A stretch of 55,658 nt of DNA from a virus (Duplodnaviria > Caudoviricetes). Below the pieces are notes generated by a model that made no database searches, was not told the origin of the DNA, and saw only the letters and a list, made by a program, of their open reading frames with translations. A program made the translations under genes and the position numbers. This document shows, piece after piece, positions 39,096 to 49,343 of this stretch (position 1 is its first letter; the number at the start of each line of letters is the position of its first letter). The stretch lies in IMG/VR virus record IMGVR_UViG_3300009304_000001, positions 1-55,658 of that record; one strand, 5' to 3'.

Positions 39096-39308
39096 GTGAG
39101 TGAATTGTGGAAGATTAGAAGATACCTAATTAAGAAGTTAGTAGGTAGGCAAACGATCGTCATGAATCTAACTTTGCTATCGAGAACAGAAGCATTCAAA
39201 ACAACGGATTTAGATTTATTGATTAGAGGTCACCATAAAAAGCATGTAATAGAAAATGTAACTATTAGAAATTCGGACAGAAGCGAGATGGAAGAGTTGA
39301 GCAGTTGA
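39096..39308 (+). CDS. Hypothetical protein between terL and portal
   Basis: 70-aa ORF filling the gap. Confidence 0.45.
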   Translation: MSELWKIRRYLIKKLVGRQTIVMNLTLLSRTEAFKTTDLDLLIRGHHKKHVIENVTIRNSDRSEMEELSS

Positions 39309-39322
39309 AGGGCGGTGAATAA

Positions 39323-40498
39323 ATGAAGTTTTTCGATAGATTTAGAAGGCGGTCAAAGAGCGTTACACAAATACCATTTGCTTTCGGCAATGTGGACACG
39401 CCGGGCTACACAAGATTATCAGACAATCCAGACGTCAGAATAGCGGTCGATAAGATTGCTGATTTAGTTTCCAATATGACCATTCATCTTATGGAGAATA
39501 CAGACGAGGGCGACAAGCGACTAAAAAATGAGTTGTCTCGAAAGATTGATATTGAGCCGCATCGTCACATGACCCGAAAAGGTTGGGTGCATAAAATCGT
39601 TACGGATATGCTGTTGCATGGCGATGGTAACTCCATTGTCCACATCGGGGTTGATTCCGACACTGGACTGGTTGATGATCTAAAACCATTCCCAATGTCG
39701 GCGGTGAATTATGAAGATGTGGATGGAGATTATCGTATCAATTACAACGGTGATATATTCCATCCGGACGAGGTTATACATTTCGTTATCAATCCTAACC
39801 CGAATCAACCATATCGCGGTACAGGCTATCGTGTGTTGCTGAGGGATATCATCAAGAATCTATCACAAGCAGACAAGACAAAGAATAGTTTCATGAGTGG
39901 TGAGTATATGCCGTCATTAATTTTGTCAGTTGATGCGATGAACGATGAACTAGCAAGCGAAGAAGGTCGGGAAAAGATACTCGATAAATATGTTTCTGAA
40001 TCGGGTAGTGGTCGGAAGCCTTGGGTGTTACCTGCAGACTTGATTAAAGTTGAACAAGTTAAACCGCTATCCCTCAAAGACATTGCGATTATCGAGGGTG
40101 TGGAATTGGATAAGAAGACGGTAGCTGGGCTCATTGGAGTGCCGGCCTTTTTCTTGGGCGTTGGTGAGTTTGATAAAGAAGAATATAACAACTTTATTAA
40201 TACGAGGATATTTTCAATCGGTCAAATTATATCCCAAACATTGACGCGTGACTTGTTGTATTCTCCGAATTGGTTTTTCCGCCTGAATCCTCGAAGTCTC
40301 TTTAGTTACGATTTAACCGAAATGGTGACAGCGGGAACAATGATGGTTGACCGTAACTCTATGCGGCGAAATGAATTAAGGGATTGGATAGGTCTTGATC
40401 CCGATGCAGAGATGAATGAGCTGATTATATTAGAAAACTATATCCCTGCTCAAATGCTAGGCAAGCAAGGCAAATTGAATGGTGGTGACGATGATTGA
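39323..40498 (+). CDS. Portal protein, HK97 family
   Basis: AVDKIADLVS, LLHGDGNS, VAGLIGVPAFFLG, NELRDWIGL. Confidence 0.95.
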   Translation: MKFFDRFRRRSKSVTQIPFAFGNVDTPGYTRLSDNPDVRIAVDKIADLVSNMTIHLMENTDEGDKRLKNELSRKIDIEPHRHMTRKGWVHKIVTDMLLHGDGNSIVHIGVDSDTGLVDDLKPFPMSAVNYEDVDGDYRINYNGDIFHPDEVIHFVINPNPNQPYRGTGYRVLLRDIIKNLSQADKTKNSFMSGEYMPSLILSVDAMNDELASEEGREKILDKYVSESGSGRKPWVLPADLIKVEQVKPLSLKDIAIIEGVELDKKTVAGLIGVPAFFLGVGEFDKEEYNNFINTRIFSIGQIISQTLTRDLLYSPNWFFRLNPRSLFSYDLTEMVTAGTMMVDRNSMRRNELRDWIGLDPDAEMNELIILENYIPAQMLGKQGKLNGGDDD

Positions 40499-40620
40499 TG
40501 TTTGTATTTATGATTGTTGTGTTTTCACTGCTTTTGATTTGTTCAAACGTAGGAAATAGTTCTGATTGGATGTATAGGAAATCTAAAGGTGCACAGAGAG
40601 GTGGTGAAAACGATGAATAA
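40498..40620 (+). CDS. 40-aa hydrophobic peptide
   Basis: TGATG coupling to portal stop; stop overlaps protease start; MFVFMIVVFSLLLIC. Confidence 0.45.
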   Translation: MFVFMIVVFSLLLICSNVGNSSDWMYRKSKGAQRGGENDE

Positions 40621-41185
40621 GAAACGCCGTATGCACTTCACGTCTGATTTAAAGACGCGTGATAGTGACAACGAAAACGAAGCGGTTATTGAAGGTTACT
40701 TTGTTGTCTATGATGAGGAAACTGAATTGTGGCCAGGAGCATTTGAAGAAATAGCGCCAGGTGCATTGCTTAATAGCTTGCGAGATAACGATGTAATTTG
40801 TTTGGACAACCATGATTCTCGAATGGTTTTAGGTAGTGTTGCAAGCGACACGCTCGAATTGAAATCAGACAGCGCTGGATTGTGGGGGAAAGTCGTAATC
40901 GACCTTGAAGATCCTAACGCAAAGTCAGCATACAGAAAAGTTCAGACAGGTAAAGTTCGCGGTTGTTCGTTCGGCTTTATTCCTACTAAAGAAGAGCTGG
41001 AAGAACGAGAAGACGGAACACTTAAATGGCGAGTTACAGAAGCCGAATTGGTGGAGGTTTCAATTACAGCTTTTCCCGCCTATCCACAGACGGACATTGC
41101 GGCGCGTGAAAAAGACGTTGAAGCAATCAAGAAACAAAAGTTAGACCAAAGAAAAAAACAACTAAAGGAGCGGATGAAGAAATGA
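40613..41185 (+). CDS. Prohead protease, HK97 family
   Basis: IEGYFVVY, LDNHD, GCSFGF, EVSITAFPAYPQT. Confidence 0.9.
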   Translation: MNKKRRMHFTSDLKTRDSDNENEAVIEGYFVVYDEETELWPGAFEEIAPGALLNSLRDNDVICLDNHDSRMVLGSVASDTLELKSDSAGLWGKVVIDLEDPNAKSAYRKVQTGKVRGCSFGFIPTKEELEEREDGTLKWRVTEAELVEVSITAFPAYPQTDIAAREKDVEAIKKQKLDQRKKQLKERMKK

Positions 41186-42354
41186 ATCCAGTATTAATTG
41201 GTGCAAAACTAAATTTAAAGCGTAAAGCTCTATCAACATTGGAGGAACGTATCGCAGAACTACTTATTAAGCGCGAAGAACTAGAAACATCTATTGAAGG
41301 TATCGAAACAGAGGACGACTTAACCGCTGTTGAAGCAAGCGTTACAGAAAACGATGATGCAATCAAAGAGGTGGAAGGTGAAAAGTCTACACTCGAAGAG
41401 GAAATCGTTGAGCTAGAGGGAGAACTTGAAGCATCGAACCGAAAAAAACCAAAAGCAGGGGGCAAACGAAATATGGCGAACCAAGTAGAAACGCGCGAAG
41501 CGATTAACGATTTTGTACGATCTAAAGGAAATATGCATGAACGAGCAGGATTCACGTCTGTTGAGGGTGGCGCACTGATTCCTGAGGAATTGCTACCGGC
41601 TAAAAACGAACTAGTTGATACGCTCGACTTAACTCAGTACGTTCGCAAAGTTCCAGTAAATAGCGGTTCCGGAAAGTATCCAGTAATCAGCAAGTCTAAT
41701 GGCAAGTTCGTATCTGTTGAAGAGTTAGCAGCTAACCCGGAGCTAGCACACCCAACATTTACAGAAGTTAACTATGACATTACAACTTACCGTGGTTATG
41801 TGCCTGTATCACAGGAAGTTATTGACGATGCAGACTATGACGTTACTGGAATGATCGCAGAAGATATTAAAGATCAAGAGCAAAATACGAAGAACGAACA
41901 GATTGCAGCTATCTTCAAGACAGCTACAGCTAAGGCAGTTACTGGACTAGACGGAATCATCACTATGTTTAACAAGGACTTCAAGCGTGTGTACAACACC
42001 CGTGCGTTTGTATCATCATCACTTTATAACGTGCTAGACCTAATGAAAGACAGAAATGGTCGCTACTTGCTACAGGACGACATCACAGTCGCATCGGGTA
42101 AACGTATCAAGGGTAAAGAAGTTGTGGTCCTTGATGATGAGGTTATCGGAACTAGTGAGGGTGAATTGGTTGGATTCTTTGGTGATGCTCATGAGTTTAT
42201 TACACTATTTGACCGCAAGCAAGCATCTGTTAAGTGGATTGATAACAATATTTATGGTCAATTACTAGCAGGATTTGTACGCTTTGACGTTAAATCAGTC
42301 GATAGCGCAGCAGGATTCTATGTCACGTTCACGGCAGATGTACCAGAACTTTAA
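41182..42354 (+). CDS. Major capsid protein, HK97 fold with delta domain
   Basis: Coiled-coil N-terminus; GGALIPEE, VSQEVIDDA, MKDRNGRYLLQ. Confidence 0.95.
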   Translation: MNPVLIGAKLNLKRKALSTLEERIAELLIKREELETSIEGIETEDDLTAVEASVTENDDAIKEVEGEKSTLEEEIVELEGELEASNRKKPKAGGKRNMANQVETREAINDFVRSKGNMHERAGFTSVEGGALIPEELLPAKNELVDTLDLTQYVRKVPVNSGSGKYPVISKSNGKFVSVEELAANPELAHPTFTEVNYDITTYRGYVPVSQEVIDDADYDVTGMIAEDIKDQEQNTKNEQIAAIFKTATAKAVTGLDGIITMFNKDFKRVYNTRAFVSSSLYNVLDLMKDRNGRYLLQDDITVASGKRIKGKEVVVLDDEVIGTSEGELVGFFGDAHEFITLFDRKQASVKWIDNNIYGQLLAGFVRFDVKSVDSAAGFYVTFTADVPEL

Positions 42355-42378
42355 TATAAACAGAAAGGAATGATAGTC

Positions 42379-42561
42379 ATGAAATACGAAGTCATTGAAA
42401 AATTCCGCGACACGCAGGATAAGAATCATATTTACGAAGTGGGAAAAAAGTATCCCCATAAAGGTAAGGTGAACAAGGAGCGTGCTGAAGAATTAGCGGG
42501 CACGTCCAATAAATATGGTCGTGCATTCATCAAAGAAGTTGATAGCGGTGGAGAAGAGTGA
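42379..42561 (+). CDS. Small head-associated protein
   Basis: YEVIEKFRD...YEVGKKYP; typical post-capsid gene. Confidence 0.6.
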   Translation: MKYEVIEKFRDTQDKNHIYEVGKKYPHKGKVNKERAEELAGTSNKYGRAFIKEVDSGGEE

Positions 42562-42871
42562 ATTTATTGCAACGGCATTAGAATTAACTAAAGCGCGTCT
42601 CGGAATTAGTACAACTATCCGGGATGCGCTTTTAAGTAATGCGGTTGAATCCGTTGTGGAAGAGTTGGAGGTCGAAAAGGGAATTGTCGTTAATTACGAT
42701 AGTTCTTTGCACCTCGATTTCGTTAAGGATTACGCAACGTGGCGTTATCAATCTGTTAATTCTACAGAAGTAATTCTTACTAATCACACGCTACCTATGC
42801 CACGTCACCTGCAATACAGGTTGCATAATTTGGTGATTAAAGAACACGTAAAGAGTGATGTCGATGTATAA
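42557..42871 (+). CDS. Head-tail connector (gp6-like)
   Basis: LELTKARLGIS...MPRHLQYRLHN. Confidence 0.75.
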   Translation, partial: SEFIATALELTKARLGISTTIRDALLSNAVESVVEELEVEKGIVVNYDSSLHLDFVKDYATWRYQSVNSTEVILTNHTLPMPRHLQYRLHNLVIKEHVKSDVDV

Positions 42872-43169
42872 CAATGAACTAGAATTACTCAGAGAAGGTT
42901 ATACCGAAGATGAACTCGGTAATCAAATTCCTTCCAATGTTAAAAGGTCTATTCTATGTAAAGTTAACTCGATTGGAAGAAGTGAGTTCTACTCTGCTGC
43001 ATCTTCAAATTTAAGGCCCGAAATCGTATTTACTATCCACAAATATGAATATGAGAACGAAAGGAAAGTTATTTTCGAAGAGCAACAATATTCCGTGTTA
43101 CGTACCTATGCAACAGGAATTGAAGAGTTGGAGCTGACTTGTGAAAGGGTTGGTGCCGATGTCCATTAA
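42855..43169 (+). CDS. Head closure protein (SPP1 gp16-like)
   Basis: DELGNQI, SIGRSEFYSA, YSVLRTY. Confidence 0.8.
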   Translation: MMSMYNNELELLREGYTEDELGNQIPSNVKRSILCKVNSIGRSEFYSAASSNLRPEIVFTIHKYEYENERKVIFEEQQYSVLRTYATGIEELELTCERVGADVH

Positions 43170-43512
43170 TTTTGCTGACGAAATCACAAAAGCCTTGCAA
43201 GAATATACAACCGAAGTCGAAGAGGGACTTGAAGAAGCTAAAGAGAAAGCCGCTAAAAATGGAGCTAAAGCTTTAAAGGCTACGAGTCCTGTTGGACGTA
43301 CCGGGAAGTATGCAAAGGGATGGCGAGCCAAAAAGGACGGTAAATCATGGGTGATCCATAATGCGACAAGATACCAGATAGCTCACCTACTTGAAAAAGG
43401 ACACGCCAAAAAAGGTGGTGGACGTGTCAGTGGTACTGTCCATATAGCCCCTGTGGAGGAATCAACAATCAAAGAGTACGAGAAAGAAGTCGAGAGGGTG
43501 ATAAAAGGGTGA
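43159..43512 (+). CDS. HK97 gp10-like tail-completion protein
   Basis: Near-identical to ORF at window start. Confidence 0.85.
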   Translation: MSINFADEITKALQEYTTEVEEGLEEAKEKAAKNGAKALKATSPVGRTGKYAKGWRAKKDGKSWVIHNATRYQIAHLLEKGHAKKGGGRVSGTVHIAPVEESTIKEYEKEVERVIKG

Positions 43513-43823
43513 ATCTAGTTGAATTGAAAAGACTACTTGACGCTACAGGATTCCCTGTGGCTTATTCGCATTTTAGCGAACAGAAAGCAGCACCTTTTAT
43601 CACCTATCTTGTGACTTATTCATCGAACTTTCACGCAGATAACAAGGTTCATAAGAAAATTCAAAATGCGGATATAGAACTTTATACGAATAAAAAAGAC
43701 CTTTCGGCTGAATTGATTCTTGAAAACCTTCTTGATGAAAATTCAATTCCGTACGATACAATCGAAACATTTATCGAATCAGAAAAGCTATTCCAAAAAA
43801 TATATGAAATGAGGATGATTTAA
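43509..43823 (+). CDS. Putative tail terminator protein
   Basis: Paralog of 323-637. Confidence 0.7.
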   Translation: MNLVELKRLLDATGFPVAYSHFSEQKAAPFITYLVTYSSNFHADNKVHKKIQNADIELYTNKKDLSAELILENLLDENSIPYDTIETFIESEKLFQKIYEMRMI

Positions 43824-43824
43824 T

Positions 43825-44442
43825 ATGAATGAAAATAAAAATAAGTTATTGAAATTAGATTTACAACACTTCGGAAACAAAGTTACTTTTGGTTTACAAG
43901 ATGTACATTATGCAACGTTTGAAGAGGTAGAAGGTGTGGTTACTTTTGACGCTCCAATACCAATTCCCGGTGGTGTGGAGTTAACAACGGATCCGCGTGG
44001 GGATATGGTCGAATTTTATGCAGACAACATGATCTACTACGCTGCATCAAACAACCAAGGATATGACGGTACACTGACTATCGCTAACATTCCTGACCAG
44101 TATTTGGTTGATGCACTAGGCGAAGAGTTAGATGAAGAAGACGGAGTGTTAAACGAAATTGCGAACGCTACAGGAAAACCATTTGCACTATTATTTCAGT
44201 TCGAAGGTGATGTAAAAGCTGTGCGACACGTGATGTATAACTGTACTGCGAACCGTCCGACGATTGCTTCTACCACTAAAACAAGTGCGGCTGAACCAAA
44301 CACGAACGCACTTACGTTTGTATCGAGTCCGATTAAATTAGGTGGGAAACTAATGGTTAAGACAAAAACGACAGCGGCGACAAAAGAAGAAGTTTACGAA
44401 GCCTGGTATGCAGCAGTTTATGAAAAGGTTCCAGGACTTTAA
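43825..44442 (+). CDS. Major tail protein, phi13 family
   Basis: Paralog of 639-1256. Confidence 0.9.
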   Translation: MNENKNKLLKLDLQHFGNKVTFGLQDVHYATFEEVEGVVTFDAPIPIPGGVELTTDPRGDMVEFYADNMIYYAASNNQGYDGTLTIANIPDQYLVDALGEELDEEDGVLNEIANATGKPFALLFQFEGDVKAVRHVMYNCTANRPTIASTTKTSAAEPNTNALTFVSSPIKLGGKLMVKTKTTAATKEEVYEAWYAAVYEKVPGL

Positions 44443-44461
44443 AAGTTGAGGGGGAATTAAA

Positions 44462-44839
44462 GTGGAATCAATCATTAAACTAGGCGATGAAGAAGTGCGC
44501 TTGAAGGCGAACGCAATTACCGCTATGCATTATAAAAACCAATTTAAGTCTGATATTTTAAAAGATACTTTGGAAGCTATCGGTGGTATCGAAGCGATTA
44601 TGCAATTGAGAGATCTTGAAGAAGCGACTGATTATCAAAAGTTACAAACGATGATAAACACCATAGATACCGTATTGATTTATCAACTTGTTTGGAGTTT
44701 CGCGAAAACCTGTGATAGAAATTTCGTTCCGTTTTATCAATGGATTGAAAATGCAGATTTACCACCAGTAACAGAATTATTGTTAGAAGAAAATTTTGTA
44801 GAATTACTGATCGGGAACGTATATAGAAAAAAGCGATAA
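44462..44839 (+). CDS. Tail assembly chaperone (G)
   Basis: Paralog of 1275-1652. Confidence 0.8.
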   Translation: MESIIKLGDEEVRLKANAITAMHYKNQFKSDILKDTLEAIGGIEAIMQLRDLEEATDYQKLQTMINTIDTVLIYQLVWSFAKTCDRNFVPFYQWIENADLPPVTELLLEENFVELLIGNVYRKKR

Positions 44840-45054
44840 AGGCTACTGTTGAGGGCACATCTGATGATGAAGATGTGCTTACAACAGAGTCTTTTTTTAT
44901 GACTTGTAAACTTGTAAATCTCACGCTTGGAGATATGGAGTTTATGACAATTGGCGAGTGCTTAGATTACGCCGATAACTACATATCTTTGAAAAATGGA
45001 AAAACAGAAGATAAAGCACGTACTGCTAAACAGGAAGACTTTAACACCTTTTAA
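44827..45054 (+). CDS. -1 frameshift extension (GT)
   Basis: AAAAAAG at 44827-44833; -1 frame open to 45054. Confidence 0.8.
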   Translation, partial: KKAIKATVEGTSDDEDVLTTESFFMTCKLVNLTLGDMEFMTIGECLDYADNYISLKNGKTEDKARTAKQEDFNTF

Positions 45055-45070
45055 ATTGGAGGCGAGGTGA

Positions 45071-48000
45071 TTGTCCAAAAGAATAAAAGGAATAACAATT
45101 GAATTAGATGGTGATACGAAAGGTCTTGACAAGGCGTTAAAGGATGTAAATAAAGAGTCAAGGGATCTACAGAAAGAACTTCGCGATGTGGACAAGTTAC
45201 TTAAATTTAACCCTAAAAACGTTGAGTTGCTTGCCCAAAAGAAGAAGTTACTAGCTGATCAAGTTGAAAACACTAAAAAGAAATTAGATCAATTAAAGCA
45301 ATCACAAGAACAAGTGACACAAGCCTTTAAAAATGGAGAAATAAGTGAAGAACAGTATCGAGCATTTCAACGTGAAATTGCTGAAACCGAATCTAAGTTA
45401 AAACATTATGAAGGTCAGTTGAAAAGCGTTGATTCTACACAAAAGTCATTTGGCGATAAGATGGCCGCATCGGGGAAATCTGTAAAAGAGTTTGGTCAAG
45501 GTATGACCTCGGTTGGTAAAGAATTATCAATGAAGGTTACCGCACCACTGGTAGCGATTGCTGGTGTAGCGAGTAAAATAGGCATGGACTTTAAGGCGGG
45601 AATGTCAGAAGTTCAAGCTATATCAGGTGCTACTGGAGAAGAGTTAGCACAGTTAGAAACAAAAGCTCGGGAGTTAGGTTCATCCACAAAGTTTAGCGCA
45701 AAAGAAGTTTCTGAGGGATTCAAGTATATGGCTTTAGCGGGTTGGGATGTCAAACAATCTATGGATGGTATTGATGGCGTGCTCAATCTTGCTGCCGCAT
45801 CCGGTGAGGATTTGGCTTTAGTATCCGACATTTTAACTGATGCTATATCTGCATTTGGAGATGAAGCAAGCGACGCGGGAAGGTATGCCGATGTTATGGC
45901 TGCTGCTGCATCAAATGCTAACACTGATGTCGCCGGACTTGGAGAAGCCTTTAAAATGGTCGCTCCTGTTGCTGGGGCACTTGGTTATAGCCTGGAAGAT
46001 ACATCAGTCGCGTTAGGTTTAATGGCGAACGCTGGTGTCAAAGGATCAAGCGCGGGTACCGCTTTACGTAGCTCATTAACCAACATGGTTAAACCAACAA
46101 AGGCTATGAATAAAGAAATGAAAAAGCTAGGTATCGAAATCAAAGACAGTAACGGCGAGATGAAGCCGCTAGACGTGTTACTTGGAGATTTGCGTTCATC
46201 ATTCAGCACATTAACAGCTGATCAAAAAGCTTCTTCTGCTGCTACTATTTTCGGTAAGGAAGCAATGGCGGGGATGCTTGCAGTTATTAACGCAAGTGAT
46301 GCCGACTTCAATAAGCTGTCAAATGCTATTGAAAATAGTGACGGGGTCGCACAAGAGATGGCTGACACCATGCAGAATAACTTACAAGGTAAATTAACTA
46401 ACCTTAAATCAGCATTAGAAGAGTTGGCCATTAAAATATTTGATGCGTTAGAACCTGCATTGTCTTGGCTTGTTGGTGCTTTCCAAACTCTCGTGAATTG
46501 GCTTAACGGGTTGGATAAGTCTACACAAACGGCAGTGGTGGCAATAGCGGCATTAGCTGCTGGAATAGGCCCCCTTGCCGTGGTGCTAGGTACGATACTT
46601 ACTATGGTTGGAGGATTTATGACTGTGCTACCCACGTTAATACCATTAATCGTAGGCTTGGCCGGTCCTATCGCTATTGTTGTTGGCGGTTTGGTTGCAC
46701 TAGGTGTAGCTTATGCGTTACTGAAAACAGATGCGGATAAAGCGTATAAATCGCAACAAAAAATGGCTGAACAGAATTTGGAATTAGCGGAATCCCATAC
46801 AGAAGTACTGGAAGAGCAATTGGAACAATCCGACGCAACAGCCGATTTAATCGCAAAAACTCAAGAACAGATGGAAGCTACAGACGAATTAGTTACGTCC
46901 TTTGAAAAATTAATCGAAAAATCAAAGTTGACAACAGATGAATTCGGTGAGTTTTTAACGTTGCAGTCAGAGTTAGAAAACACAAAATCACCACAGCGGA
47001 TTGCTGAACTCGAAGAACGTATGGAAGGATTGCGTAAGAAGTCCGGGCTGTCAAAAGAAGAGTTTAATAAACTTCTTGAATCGAATAGCTTGCTGATAGA
47101 ACAATTTCCAGAGGCCGGGTCAGTCGTTGACGATTATGGAAATAAGATTGCCGATACGACAGGCAAGTTACGTGATATGACACAAGCGGAACTTGAGCGT
47201 ATGGAGTTACAAATATACAACCAAATGATTGAAGATTTACAAGCGGTAAACGGTGAAATAGACAATTATCAAAACCTACTAGGCGAAGTTGTTGAGTTGG
47301 AAGATAGTGTCCTAAGTAAGAAGAAGGAAATTGCAGGAATACAGGAACAAGTTACTGCGAATGAGCAGGTACAAAATGAAAATAACGCCAAACTTTTAGA
47401 GTTAAAAGAACTACAGAAAGATGCAAGTTTAAAAGAATGGTACAACTTAGAAAATCAAAAAGACCAGTTGAAATTACAAAACTTCGAATTAGATGGCAAG
47501 AACACAAAGCATGGTAAAAACTTAGAGGTCTTGGACGCAACGCTTTCCACAGAAGAAAAGACGCTAGTTGAAAAACAAAAGCAACGAGATATGATAGGCG
47601 AATTGATTGATAAAAACAGCACGAATTTTGATAGTTACTCAAAAATCCTTGGTACTCAATTCGATATCAACATTGAAAAAGGAAAAGAGAATGAGTCGAT
47701 TGATAAAGCAATCGCCAAACGCAATGAAGAAATTAAACAGCTAGAAACCAAAATCAGCAAAGAAGGCGACTCTAACGGAAAAATAAAAGAGGCAATTGGT
47801 CACTTGAAAACCGAAAACGGTCAACTTGAAGATGCAAAGGGTAAGTTGGGTGATATTAACGGTTCGCTCGATACGCAAGTTGGAAAATACGACATAGCAA
47901 ATAATAAGTTAGCTAAAGTTAACGGTAAATTCCAAGAATCAGGCGGATTGACTGATACTAATATCAAAAAAGCTGACATCTGGAATGGGAAACTAGACAA

Positions 48001-48511
48001 AAACCACAAAAAAGATGTCACTGTCAAAACCAACAAAGATCCCGACGAAGAAAACAAAAAGTGGAGTAGCCCAATAACTAAAATTATTAGTTTCTTTACA
48101 AAGGGTAAAAAACCAGACGCTTACGCAGAAGGGACAAACTATCATGGTGGTGGTTCGGCCTTTATTGGTGAAGAAGGTCCAGAGCTAGTCAAAATAGGAA
48201 GCAAAATGCAATTGATGGACTACGGTCTGTACGATTTGCCGGTTGGAACTAAAGTTTATACGCATGAAGAGTCTATGGGAATGTTACGCAACGGGTTAGT
48301 TGACGGCATTAGTCGTGGAGTGAATTTGCAACGTAATTCTACAAAAAACTCAAGTGTGGATGATATGAATAATCAACAATCGCAGGTAGTCAATCGACCG
48401 GCTCCGATTAATGTAGCCACAATGATTGTGCGAGAAGAAGCGGACATCAAGAAGGTTGCCCGTGAGTTGCACAGATTACAAAAAGGAAATCAAAGGGTGG
48501 TGCTCGGATGA
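45071..48511 (+). CDS. Tape measure protein
   Basis: Paralog of 1884-5393 with a different C-terminus. Confidence 0.95.
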   Translation: MSKRIKGITIELDGDTKGLDKALKDVNKESRDLQKELRDVDKLLKFNPKNVELLAQKKKLLADQVENTKKKLDQLKQSQEQVTQAFKNGEISEEQYRAFQREIAETESKLKHYEGQLKSVDSTQKSFGDKMAASGKSVKEFGQGMTSVGKELSMKVTAPLVAIAGVASKIGMDFKAGMSEVQAISGATGEELAQLETKARELGSSTKFSAKEVSEGFKYMALAGWDVKQSMDGIDGVLNLAAASGEDLALVSDILTDAISAFGDEASDAGRYADVMAAAASNANTDVAGLGEAFKMVAPVAGALGYSLEDTSVALGLMANAGVKGSSAGTALRSSLTNMVKPTKAMNKEMKKLGIEIKDSNGEMKPLDVLLGDLRSSFSTLTADQKASSAATIFGKEAMAGMLAVINASDADFNKLSNAIENSDGVAQEMADTMQNNLQGKLTNLKSALEELAIKIFDALEPALSWLVGAFQTLVNWLNGLDKSTQTAVVAIAALAAGIGPLAVVLGTILTMVGGFMTVLPTLIPLIVGLAGPIAIVVGGLVALGVAYALLKTDADKAYKSQQKMAEQNLELAESHTEVLEEQLEQSDATADLIAKTQEQMEATDELVTSFEKLIEKSKLTTDEFGEFLTLQSELENTKSPQRIAELEERMEGLRKKSGLSKEEFNKLLESNSLLIEQFPEAGSVVDDYGNKIADTTGKLRDMTQAELERMELQIYNQMIEDLQAVNGEIDNYQNLLGEVVELEDSVLSKKKEIAGIQEQVTANEQVQNENNAKLLELKELQKDASLKEWYNLENQKDQLKLQNFELDGKNTKHGKNLEVLDATLSTEEKTLVEKQKQRDMIGELIDKNSTNFDSYSKILGTQFDINIEKGKENESIDKAIAKRNEEIKQLETKISKEGDSNGKIKEAIGHLKTENGQLEDAKGKLGDINGSLDTQVGKYDIANNKLAKVNGKFQESGGLTDTNIKKADIWNGKLDKNHKKDVTVKTNKDPDEENKKWSSPITKIISFFTKGKKPDAYAEGTNYHGGGSAFIGEEGPELVKIGSKMQLMDYGLYDLPVGTKVYTHEESMGMLRNGLVDGISRGVNLQRNSTKNSSVDDMNNQQSQVVNRPAPINVATMIVREEADIKKVARELHRLQKGNQRVVLG

Positions 48512-49329
48512 TGAATGAAACTGATGTTTATTTCGATAATGTGGAAGTCGGGGATTTAAACGTTTCTCTATTGGAGAATCATGAGCACCCTCTACTTTCA
48601 GGTACACGAGATAACATCATAACGATACCAGAGGTGGCGGGCGCGATTGATTACGGCGGCACATTAGAGCCGATTGCGTTCAATCTACCAATGGGATTTT
48701 TGAGAAAGAATCGAATGGAATTACAGTGGACGGTTAGGCAAGTTAAAGCATTATTGATTGATGGTAATGGTAAGCCGAAAACTTTTAAATTGAAATTCGG
48801 TTATGAACCCGATAAATATTATAATGTTCGGTACTCGGGCGGTATACCGATTGATAGGTTAATAGCTAAAATTGGTCAGTTTAATTTACCGCTCATTTGC
48901 TACGATGGACACGCCTTATCAGTCGCCATGAATGACGAGGTCACTTGGGGCAGTACGGTGATACCTTTTGCTTCTGATTTCACTATGGGTCATATGGGTG
49001 ACGGTGCAAAGACATTTACGGGTAACGGCTCGACAATCATTAATGTAACGGGCGACAACTTACGCCCAGTTCTTCACGTAACAGGAAGTGGAACCAACGT
49101 AAGTATTAAGTGGGGCGGAAAAACACTCACTTTAGGAACGCTTGCGAACGCGACCTGGGCGATTGATTTAAAAGAGTTTGAGGTCACAAAAGACGGATCA
49201 AACGCGATGCATCTTATTAAAGGGGATTGGCTCAACATGGATTTAATGCAAGGAGATAACACGGTCACGGTAAATGGTAGCGGGTTAAATTTAACCGTCA
49301 GCTTCCAGTTCCGTGACCTATTTTATTAA
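48508..49329 (+). CDS. Distal tail protein (Dit), type B
   Basis: TRDNIITIPEVAGAIDYG, LKFGYEPDKYYNVRYSG, LMQGDNTV. Confidence 0.8.
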   Translation: MMNETDVYFDNVEVGDLNVSLLENHEHPLLSGTRDNIITIPEVAGAIDYGGTLEPIAFNLPMGFLRKNRMELQWTVRQVKALLIDGNGKPKTFKLKFGYEPDKYYNVRYSGGIPIDRLIAKIGQFNLPLICYDGHALSVAMNDEVTWGSTVIPFASDFTMGHMGDGAKTFTGNGSTIINVTGDNLRPVLHVTGSGTNVSIKWGGKTLTLGTLANATWAIDLKEFEVTKDGSNAMHLIKGDWLNMDLMQGDNTVTVNGSGLNLTVSFQFRDLFY

Positions 49330-49343
49330 ATGAAGGATGGTGG

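Larger units (their letters stand above)
43187..48339 (+). repeat. Diverged ~5.15-kb direct repeat of 1-5152 (tail module homology between prophages A and B)
   Basis: Offset 43186-43187 bp; many synonymous differences; homology ends after TMP ...GVNLQRNS. Confidence 0.9.

Noticed and set aside
43187-48339. Terminal redundancy of a single circular phage contig
   Set aside because: The copies differ by many substitutions and lead into different adsorption modules, so they are two genomes (chimeric assembly not fully excluded)
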